This document shows positions 37,867 to 45,042 of a stretch of 64,000 bases of DNA, in pieces; the first letter of the stretch is position 1, and every line of letters begins with the position of its first letter. Source of the stretch: a virus. Location of the stretch: IMG/VR virus record IMGVR_UViG_3300011113_000621, positions 35,754-99,753 of that record, one strand, 5' to 3'. Under the pieces are notes generated by a model that did no database searches, had not been told where the DNA came from, and saw only the letters and a program-made list of their open reading frames with translations. The position numbers were made by a program, and so were the translations under genes.

Positions 37867-37978
37867 GTTTGTCCTTTCGTCGTTTAGGCAACCAGTGGAA
37901 GAAAGTCTGGCGGTTGCTAGATGCTGTGCTACCTAGCTTCCGCGGTTTCATGTCCACCGGTTGTTAGTATCTATTATA

Positions 37979-38884
37979 TCAGGAATTGGAGACCGAATAC
38001 AGCTTATCCACAACCTCTTTGAGTGAGATATACGCTTTGCCAAGGTTTTGGGTCAGGCTAGCCAAGGTCCCGCCTTGTGAGAGGGACTGAGCGGTCTTGG
38101 TCGCCACGGCAACCGCCGCGTTGCTAGTGCCAAGTGTTAAGAGCTTGCGACCCGTCAAGTCCTGGGTCGTCCAGCGCCCGTGAGCATAAAGGTCAAGGTC
38201 TTGCCCGCCGTTGCTTGAAGGCATCACCGGAGTGACCCAACCGGTCACGCCGCGCATGCTATAACGAACGTCCGTCGCACCAACGGAAATAACTTCAGGG
38301 GTACAGGCTGGGTAATCAACCTTAAGTTTGTTTCCACCATTACCAGCGGAAGCTACAACTCCGATGCCTGCGCCCGTCAACTTCCGAACTGTTGCCTGGA
38401 AGCTAGCTTCGATGGGGCATCCCACTTCCGTGTAGGAACGACCTACGGATAGTGAAACGGCTCCGACGTTTAGTCGGGCTGCATTCGAATCTACCCAGTC
38501 CATTGCCTGTTGAACCGAACGCATGGTGTAGCTATTGGCAAAGCCTTTGGCGGACATGCCGACAATACGAATAAACACAACACGAACGTTTGGGTCAACC
38601 TGCACAGCTACGGAATACATCTGTGACCCGTGATGCATTGCCTTGTCCTTTACGTCCTGGTATCGCACATGAGCTGCGCCTGGCCCGTTCATAAACTTTT
38701 GTCCATTAGGGCACGTGCCGTATTCGATGATGCACACTTCCTCAACGAGAGTTGACTTGACCCAGTCAAGCTCGGTGTTAACTCCGGAGTCGATAATCAC
38801 CAACGTCTTTTGTGTGTTGGCACTTGCTGGTACCGCAAGCAGAGAGGCTGCAAGGGCAAGTATAAGTAGTAGTTTAGTTTTCAT
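37979..38884 (-). CDS. Secreted subtilisin-like S8 peptidase
   Basis: Signal peptide; catalytic IIDSG, HHGSQM, ASAGN oxyanion, GTSNA. Confidence 0.88.
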   Translation of the reverse strand: MKTKLLLILALAASLLAVPASANTQKTLVIIDSGVNTELDWVKSTLVEEVCIIEYGTCPNGQKFMNGPGAAHVRYQDVKDKAMHHGSQMYSVAVQVDPNVRVVFIRIVGMSAKGFANSYTMRSVQQAMDWVDSNAARLNVGAVSLSVGRSYTEVGCPIEASFQATVRKLTGAGIGVVASAGNGGNKLKVDYPACTPEVISVGATDVRYSMRGVTGWVTPVMPSSNGGQDLDLYAHGRWTTQDLTGRKLLTLGTSNAAVAVATKTAQSLSQGGTLASLTQNLGKAYISLKEVVDKLYSVSNS

Positions 38885-39011
38885 TGTCGTTACGTCCTTT
38901 GTGTTTGTTCTTGCGGGTATACTTTCTTTTGTTCCTTACGGGTAGGGAAGCGGAGGAACGACGAAGTTCGAGTAGCCTTCTAAGCTGCTCTGCAGTTTTG
39001 CTTAGCTTCAT
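38874..39011 (-). CDS. Small basic protein
   Basis: MKLSKTAEQLRRLLELRRSSASLPVRNKRKYTRKNKHK; AAGGAGG RBS. Confidence 0.65.
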   Translation of the reverse strand: MKLSKTAEQLRRLLELRRSSASLPVRNKRKYTRKNKHKGRNDNEN

Positions 39012-39022
39012 CGTTCCTCCTT

Positions 39023-39048
39023 TGTTGCTCTTTGACGGAAGGGCAACA
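39023..39048 (-). promoter_or_regulatory. Hairpin after VWA gene; loop antisense to that gene's leader
   Basis: Minus strand TGTTGCCC-TTCCGTCAAA-GAGCAACA; plus-strand tgacggaagg (39033-39042) is identical to the VWA leader (reverse complement of 40856-40865). Confidence 0.6.
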
Positions 39049-39051
39049 TCT

Positions 39052-40848
39052 TTAAGCAGCGTTCTTGCTGCCAATCTTTGTAAGTGCGTTTGCCGCAGCA
39101 GTACCAATTCTGATTGCCGCGTCTGCAGGATCCATGACGTCGGAGAGTAGAACTGTGTTCGTGCCTCGTGTAAGTTCCATTGCATCATGTAGATACGGAC
39201 TCCTACAGAATGGTAACCACAGAACTGCAACGCCTTTGTCATCGCATTCCTTAAGCCAATATTTAGCGCGTTCAGTCTCAACGGAAGTGTAGCGTGCGTC
39301 ACTTACTACTACGAGCAAGCGTGCACCATTTCCATAGAGCAAGTTTAAAGAACCATCAAGTGCCTTAAACGCCTTATCGAACTTCTCAGTTGAATCAGGC
39401 GCAGTGTACACATTGATCTGATCAAGATGTTGCCCTGGCTTTAGAGTAGGAAACACGTCCTGCCCAAAGTAAACCATTGCCGCACGAGCTTGAACTCGAC
39501 GTGCTGCCTCTGACATTGCCCAGGCAGTGACTGCCATAGGGTTCATGGCACTGCCCATTGAACCTGAGATATCAACCATGACACCAATACTTAGTGTTGG
39601 GTCATCAGTGTGCTTGCGCACAGTGCGACGCCATGGATTGGCTACCTGCATTGAACCTTGAGCTTTATACGCAGCATTTTGTACAATGGCACGAGTGCGT
39701 AAACGTCCAGGTGGAAGTATGGACTGAATCTCGTGTTCATCACGCTCACGATACTTTGCTTTCTCAAGCATCTGTGCAATCTTGACTGCGGCAGCTCTTT
39801 CGTTCGCCTCAGGTTTACGAATCTTCTCAAGACGAGAGTTGCTGCCATTAGTGTTGCCTGCCTCAGAAGTATTCTTGAATATCTCTTCTGCGATCTTTTT
39901 GTGCTCACGATCTTGGCGGGCAGCCTTTGAGCGAACTTCTACCTCTTGCTTCCACTCCTCAGATTGCTGTTGGTCCTGAGCATCATCTGCCACAGCGATG
40001 GCAATCATGTCAATCGCATCTTCGATTTCCTTGATGATGTCGCTAATCACGGCTTGGATGATCTGCATATCTGTTGGCTTATCAAGTTCTTCGCCACGCT
40101 CGTTTGCAAGGTCACGTAGAATCTTATCCCACTCACGAGCAAGATTGTATAGAGGCAGAGGGTTAAGCGCATTTTCAATACCTTGGAAACGACGCCATAC
40201 ACTTTGCAACTTTTCAAATGTATCCGCACCTAGAAAGTCAATGACAACTGTGTTGATGCCAACGACATCATCTGCGTCAAGTGAACCTGCGTCAACGCGG
40301 GCACTCAATAGGGCAGCAATTGTTGCGATTGATCTGATGTTATCTGCCTTCTCGATATTCTCATTTATGTCGTGAAGTACAAGGTCAAGTGCACAGGAGC
40401 GAAGAAAGATCCTGTTCATTGGAAAGTTAGTGACGCCAAGGCGCTCAATGCGAGTTTCCTCAAGAGACATGAAGGCATTAAACTCACTAGGAGTCAATTC
40501 CTTACTTGCCATTGACAAGTCCATCTTTGAGTAGCGAGCGTGTAGTGCCTCATGAAAGATGGCACCTGCTGCCTTTGGCCAGTTAAATAGTGAATCGCGA
40601 TCTAAAAGATCACCAATGCTTGAAGGGGAAACTCCCTTACCGAATGATAAGTCTACATTGACCTCAACCTCAGATAGGGCTGGGTTAAAGCATGCAGGGG
40701 TTGGACCTCCTGCGCCTGGTCCTACGTAGGCAACGATGTCTGAGCGTCCTGCCCAGGTGTTTACCAAGGAGCCAATCTGAGCTCCGACCGGCAGCCATTC
40801 GGCTGGGGTCTGTTCCGCGCGGGTCGCGGATACCTTTATATGTCCCAT
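39052..40848 (-). CDS. VWA-domain protein with N-terminal HExxH (CobT/MoxR-partner-like)
   Basis: FHEALHA...LEETRIE; MIDAS VDISGSM; VVVSD. Confidence 0.85.
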   Translation of the reverse strand: MGHIKVSATRAEQTPAEWLPVGAQIGSLVNTWAGRSDIVAYVGPGAGGPTPACFNPALSEVEVNVDLSFGKGVSPSSIGDLLDRDSLFNWPKAAGAIFHEALHARYSKMDLSMASKELTPSEFNAFMSLEETRIERLGVTNFPMNRIFLRSCALDLVLHDINENIEKADNIRSIATIAALLSARVDAGSLDADDVVGINTVVIDFLGADTFEKLQSVWRRFQGIENALNPLPLYNLAREWDKILRDLANERGEELDKPTDMQIIQAVISDIIKEIEDAIDMIAIAVADDAQDQQQSEEWKQEVEVRSKAARQDREHKKIAEEIFKNTSEAGNTNGSNSRLEKIRKPEANERAAAVKIAQMLEKAKYRERDEHEIQSILPPGRLRTRAIVQNAAYKAQGSMQVANPWRRTVRKHTDDPTLSIGVMVDISGSMGSAMNPMAVTAWAMSEAARRVQARAAMVYFGQDVFPTLKPGQHLDQINVYTAPDSTEKFDKAFKALDGSLNLLYGNGARLLVVVSDARYTSVETERAKYWLKECDDKGVAVLWLPFCRSPYLHDAMELTRGTNTVLLSDVMDPADAAIRIGTAAANALTKIGSKNAA

Positions 40849-40880
40849 AGTTTGTCCTTCCGTCAGTAGGTACTATTATA

Positions 40881-41423
40881 TCAGGTTTTCTGGGACTTTA
40901 GAACCCTTCTTTTTGCCGCGAGAGACATTTTCTTTCTAGTCTCTTCTGAGAAAGTTCTTCCCTTTTGCGACTCAGATATTCTTTTCTTAGTCTCTAAAGA
41001 GTGCTTTCTTCCAACCCACACCTGCCGTAGGTTTTCTAAGTGCTCTGCAGTAAACTGTTTACCAGTGTGAGAAGCACTTAGCTTACTTCTATACTTTGCA
41101 GATCTAACTACGCCTACTGAGCCTTCGCCTCCATCTGTCATATTTGTTAGATCATACCCCTCTAACTTAAATTTTTTAATGTAGTAAACTTCTCTTGTGC
41201 CAGACTCTTCCCAAGACAGATTATTTTCTAAAACTGTAATAACTATGTTTGACCCGATGGAACGTACTTGCCGTATCCAGTTATACACATGGTAAGGCTT
41301 ATCTTTTTTAGCATTCCAAAGATGATCCTTTAAGCGTTTAATCGACTCTTCATGCTTCGATCTTCCTACATACCTGATAACCTCAGGTGAATCACTAGAA
41401 GATAGAGTATAGACGATAGCCAC
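40881..41423 (-). mobile_element. Free-standing GIY-YIG homing endonuclease with NUMOD3 repeats
   Basis: IVYTL...RYVGRS...R...H, E..YI, LTNMTDGGEG, then HSLETKKRISESQKG and FSEETRKKMS; lower GC than flanks; leaderless GTG 6 nt after TATAAT. Confidence 0.88.
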
Positions 41424-41444
41424 AAATAAATTATATTACAGAAT

Positions 41445-41545
41445 AATTATGGTGAGAAGAGCAGGACACCCATGACCTGCTCTTCTCCACGCGCCCAGGG
41501 GATTAGTCTGGGTCTATCCGAGCAACGACGAGCTCGGAAGGTTTA
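41445..41545 (-). promoter_or_regulatory. Three-hairpin 3' element/terminator after the AAA+ gene with anti-leader loops
   Basis: TCCGAGC-TCGTCGTT-GCTCGGA; CCCAG-ACTAATCCC-CTGGG; GAGAAGAGCAGG-TCATGGGTGT-CCTGCTCTTCTC. Confidence 0.7.
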
Positions 41546-42541
41546 TTAGATTTTGGCCGGACGGCATTCCTCGCCGTAGACTCTGGTAAAGACGTCTGCG
41601 ACTACTGGCCTGTCTAACTCAGGTGCAGCGGCAATTATGTTCGCGATTGCGAACTTAGTGCCGAAGGTTTTAGAGATATCGCGGAACGCGAGTAGCTCAC
41701 GCATTTGTGGTGCCCAACCGCATTCACCAGATTGTTGGCGACGTGATAGGTTTTGAGCAACTACAACTATCTGTTGTGGCGCTCCAAGCTTTTTAGCAAG
41801 CATGAAGTCAGTTGACATCTCAACTTGAAGTACGAAGCGAGATAGTAAAGCTTCTGAAAGTCTTACTCCAGGAGCGTTTGGATTTGTAGCAGCGATGACA
41901 TAGAAGCCTTCCTTGGCTTTGATGGTACCGCGCTCTGGATTGGCAGTGATAGTTAACTCATTAGTTCCATCCATGAGTGAATAGACACCTGAGAGAACCT
42001 TTGGATCGATGAGACCAATCTCATCAATGAACAGTGGGCGACCTTCCTCGGCAGCTTTTACAAGTGGACCATCTTCCCAGGTGAAACCACCTGAAGGAGT
42101 TTGGACGTATCCACCAATGAAGTCTGCAAGTTCAGCGTCACCTGTACCAAGTACAGAGATCACATTTGGAAATGCTGCCTGCACAAGCGCAGTCTTACCA
42201 CAACCAGGAGCACCATAGAGCAAGATGAATTGCATCTCTTGATGCGCCTTACGTAGAACTTGCACGTCATCGTGCTCGCCCCACTTGCGGGCATGGTACT
42301 TCTCGCCATTAGGGCGCATGTATGTCTCGTCACCGACGAGTGCATCTGCTGACACTACAGGGACCACCTTCTTGACTGTTGCACGAACGGCAACCTTACC
42401 CTGAGGTGTAACCATTGATTTAAGTTCAGAGGACACATCTTCATTGAGATGCTGACCTGCTGCCTTTAAGAATAGATCGCTAAGTTTAGGTGACGCACCT
42501 GGCGCCATTGAATCTAACTTATCTAATACTACTGTTGACAT
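41546..42541 (-). CDS. MoxR-family AAA+ ATPase (CbbQ/NirQ/NorQ/CobS-like)
   Basis: Walker A GAPGCGKT, WEDGPL, Walker B LFIDE, AATNP, SEALLSRF. Confidence 0.92.
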   Translation of the reverse strand: MSTVVLDKLDSMAPGASPKLSDLFLKAAGQHLNEDVSSELKSMVTPQGKVAVRATVKKVVPVVSADALVGDETYMRPNGEKYHARKWGEHDDVQVLRKAHQEMQFILLYGAPGCGKTALVQAAFPNVISVLGTGDAELADFIGGYVQTPSGGFTWEDGPLVKAAEEGRPLFIDEIGLIDPKVLSGVYSLMDGTNELTITANPERGTIKAKEGFYVIAATNPNAPGVRLSEALLSRFVLQVEMSTDFMLAKKLGAPQQIVVVAQNLSRRQQSGECGWAPQMRELLAFRDISKTFGTKFAIANIIAAAPELDRPVVADVFTRVYGEECRPAKI

Positions 42542-42568
42542 GTGGGTGTTTTCCTTTCGTCGTTGTTG

Positions 42569-43024
42569 TTAAGCGAATAACTTATCGCCGAAGCCTAAGG
42601 CTTTGCGAACACGGGTGATGCGACCTAGAACCTTGTAAGGGGTTCTTGAGTTGCGGATGTCTTCGAGATCTGCCAGTGATACCTCAACCACGAGTGGCTG
42701 CTTGAATAACTTATAACTGTGACTCTCAAGACGTGAGACTATAGTCTCAAGAAATGCTAGGCGAGACTCTGTAACTGATTTAGTATCCTCAAGAGAATAC
42801 TTTTTGAAGTTTCCGAACTCATCCTTTGCAAGAACTGGAAGCGCATATGTCTTCCACCCCCTGCGTGGGTGAAGGCTGGAAATTTGGCGGCGATACATCG
42901 TAGCGGGTACGTTGCGACCATCGCTGGTAAGCCCATCTGGAGTTAGAAGCATTTGGTATGTTTGAACACCAAGGCGAAACTCCATGTATAAGGCACTACC
43001 TATAACCTTGTCTTTATCCAACAT
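42569..43024 (-). CDS. Hypothetical protein co-transcribed with the AAA+ ATPase
   Basis: Promoter plus leader upstream; no promoter between it and the ATPase gene. Confidence 0.7.
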   Translation of the reverse strand: MLDKDKVIGSALYMEFRLGVQTYQMLLTPDGLTSDGRNVPATMYRRQISSLHPRRGWKTYALPVLAKDEFGNFKKYSLEDTKSVTESRLAFLETIVSRLESHSYKLFKQPLVVEVSLADLEDIRNSRTPYKVLGRITRVRKALGFGDKLFA

Positions 43025-43059
43025 GGGTGTATCCTTTCGTCGTTTGAAGTACTATTATA

Positions 43060-43248
43060 TCAGGAACGTAGGTCCTGAATGAAACTTGTTAGAGCGTCAG
43101 TGACCGCGTCACCGAGGTAGGCATTGAGTTCATCAAGTTGCTCTTGAGTAAGCTCTTCGATTTCTTCCTCATCGTTCATATAGTTGACCATGTCAATAAG
43201 GTCACCGAACGTGAGCTTGAACTCGTAGACTATTGAGTCGTTGTTCAT
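43060..43248 (-). CDS. Small acidic protein
   Basis: Very D/E-rich; promoter plus leader; stop inside the next motif. Confidence 0.7.
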   Translation of the reverse strand: MNNDSIVYEFKLTFGDLIDMVNYMNDEEEIEELTQEQLDELNAYLGDAVTDALTSFIQDLRS

Positions 43249-43299
43249 TGGGCATCCTTTCGTCGTTTGGAAATACTATTATATCAGGTATAAGCTTTA

Positions 43300-43382
43300 G
43301 AGATACGCAGGGGACCGGAATTGTTTCCGACCCTCTAGAGTCTTAAGTCGTTCAGGTGACCACCGGGTCGACCCTGCGTATA
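43300..43382 (-). ncRNA. Candidate small RNA between two promoter motifs
   Basis: Closing stem ATACGCAGGG/CCCTGCGTAT starts at the predicted TSS; internal CGGAA/TTCCG; no ORF or RBS. Confidence 0.5.
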
Positions 43383-43515
43383 GTACTATTATATCAGGTT
43401 AGAAGCGTACTCGCGAGTAATATAGGGTTTTGCTATTCCTATATACCTGATATAATAGATACCACGGGAAACCAGCCGGCCAACCGAAGACACAGAGACG
43501 AAGGGTAGGGACCAA

Positions 43516-43848
43516 ATGTCCAGCACCGCAGTTCGTACTACAGTGACCGAGGTCACTGTTACAAAGACAGTGCGCCACCTCAATAAGAGCGTGGATGCAA
43601 TTGTCAAGGCATTCGCCAAAACCAAAGAGGACTTGAAAGTTCTCGAAGCACAGAAGAAAGCTCTTGAAGAGCAGATTCGCAATCTGATGGACGGCGCTTC
43701 AGTCGGATACATCAATGGAGTAAAGCGTGTTGAGATTCTTGACCGCAAGCTCACCAAGGTCGACCGCAAGAAGCTTCAGGAAGCTTATCCAGAAGCATAC
43801 GAGGCGACTCTTACAACAACTGAATATACAATTGTTGACGCTGAATAA
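43516..43848 (+). CDS. Coiled-coil phage protein (Gam/Gp157-like, tentative)
   Basis: Divergent copy of the promoter motif at 43446; LEAQKKALEEQIRNLM...VDRKKLQEAYPEAY. Confidence 0.65.
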   Translation: MSSTAVRTTVTEVTVTKTVRHLNKSVDAIVKAFAKTKEDLKVLEAQKKALEEQIRNLMDGASVGYINGVKRVEILDRKLTKVDRKKLQEAYPEAYEATLTTTEYTIVDAE

Positions 43849-43862
43849 TCTCAGCTAAAACT

Positions 43863-43898
43863 AAGAAACCCCTAGCGAAAGCTAGGGGTTTTCTTTTT
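43863..43898. terminator. Bidirectional intrinsic terminator
   Basis: AAGAAACCCCTAGC-GAAA-GCTAGGGGTTTTCTTTTT between convergent genes. Confidence 0.85.
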
Positions 43899-43903
43899 AC
43901 TTC

Positions 43904-44128
43904 TTACTCTCCGGGGTTTATAACACCTGACGCACAGTCGAGACAAACAAGCCAAACGTCTTCTTCGTCTTCAATGCAGATAACGCAGGGAAAGAACTTT
44001 CGCATTTCAAATCCAACAACCACATCGCAATTAGCACACTGCGCATCAACAAGAAACTCCGCTAGTCCTTCAGAGCCAGTGGCGCGCACTGCATCTGGAG
44101 TCTCCGCTACGTATAGCTCAATTGCCAT
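43904..44128 (-). CDS. Small Cys-rich protein
   Basis: Three CxxC pairs. Confidence 0.6.
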   Translation of the reverse strand: MAIELYVAETPDAVRATGSEGLAEFLVDAQCANCDVVVGFEMRKFFPCVICIEDEEDVWLVCLDCASGVINPGE

Positions 44129-44147
44129 ACGTCAAACCGTAATTGGT

Positions 44148-44840
44148 TTATACGTCTCCAACTAGGTTACGGATCTTCCTTTGCAGGAGCTCAAGCTCTG
44201 CCTTGGTTGCTGCAAGCTCTTCCTGTAGGGAAGATGTTCGCTCTGTCACGAGCTTTTCAATTAGGTAATCAATCACGGGGCTTTTTGATAGTTCCTCGTT
44301 AGATTGAGTAATCTCTTGCTTAACGATCTTCCTATTTTTAGAGTTTCTAACTCCAGGCTTACGTCCGCTTGTGTCCGTGAGTATGATTCCTGGGACTGCT
44401 TCAGTAATGGTTCTCTCCGGAACCTCACCTGCAGGAGCCCACCACAACATTGCCTGTAAGGCTCTAACCTTTAAGCCATTGGCTCTAACAGTGCGTTCCT
44501 TTTGTGTTTCAGCTCGAGTGGAAACTCTACCTTGCTTGTTAAGCTCCATTAGATAAAGTCGAACTTGATTTACGTCGAGTGTTTTGCCAAGCTTAGTTTC
44601 AATAAGCTTAGTTATTTCTATAGTGGTAAGTGGTTGAGCACTTTCCTCAAGAATTATAGCTATCAAATCAACAAGTAAAACCTTATCGCTCTTAACTTGC
44701 TCGATATGGTTCCTGAGCTTTTCAGGAAGCGATCTGCGAATCGGAGTTGTCTCCTGTTCATTGGTAGCCTGCAATATTGGTTGACTCGATGAGAGTTCAA
44801 CCGGAGTAGTGAATCTTGCTATGTGTTTTATTTTCGGCAT
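44148..44840 (-). CDS. Winged-HTH/coiled-coil protein
   Basis: PLTTIEITKLIETKLGKTLDVNQVRLYLMELNKQGRV; leaderless ATG 7 nt after CCTGTTATAAT. Confidence 0.65.
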   Translation of the reverse strand: MPKIKHIARFTTPVELSSSQPILQATNEQETTPIRRSLPEKLRNHIEQVKSDKVLLVDLIAIILEESAQPLTTIEITKLIETKLGKTLDVNQVRLYLMELNKQGRVSTRAETQKERTVRANGLKVRALQAMLWWAPAGEVPERTITEAVPGIILTDTSGRKPGVRNSKNRKIVKQEITQSNEELSKSPVIDYLIEKLVTERTSSLQEELAATKAELELLQRKIRNLVGDV

Positions 44841-45042
44841 GAGATCAATTATAACAGGAAAGGTGCTCAAAATTCGGCAAGGCCAAAAAAATAGTTTTAG
44901 GGGTTTTAGGGGTTTAGAGGCTTTGGAGGCTTTAGCCCGGAGACTTCTTAGTTCTTACACGGAAGTAAATTTTTGCAACTTGCAAAAATTCTACAGCCTA
45001 TTTGGACAAAAGTAAAATTACGGAACAAAACGGACACTGCAG

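Larger units (their letters stand above)
26861..43267 (-). repeat. Dispersed start-associated leader motif AACGACGAAAGGA(C), about 17 copies
   Basis: Plus-strand (g)tcctttcgtc(gtt) or a close variant near 26861, 27050, 29305, 30435, 32395, 33527, 34981, 35320, 35606, 36654, 37075, 37477, 37871, 40855, 42552, 43032 and 43255, each a few nt upstream of a start codon. Confidence 0.9.
27086..44860. promoter_or_regulatory. Dispersed conserved promoter motif CCTGATATAATAGTAC (extended -10, TGnTATAAT), about 25 copies
   Basis: Core attatatcagg (plus strand; copies end at 27099, 27710, 29371, 30935, 32804, 33631, 35011, 35352, 35933, 36821, 37107, 37507, 37983, 40885, 43064, 43288, 43398), one opposite-orientation copy at 43446, and variants near 27851, 30451, 32044, 32437, 34149, 35622 and 44847. 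Several variants have TTTAC(T/A) exactly 17 nt upstream. Confidence 0.9.

Noticed and set aside
26861-44860. Repeated motif read as a CRISPR array or integron attC array
   Set aside because: Spacing is irregular (about 100 bp to several kb), intervals hold whole genes, the repeat is a non-palindromic TGnTATAAT promoter, and no cas or integrase gene is present in the window.
44894-44935. Eukaryotic telomere repeat or contamination
   Set aside because: Only two TTTTAGGGG-like units decaying into variants, embedded in continuous phage sequence.
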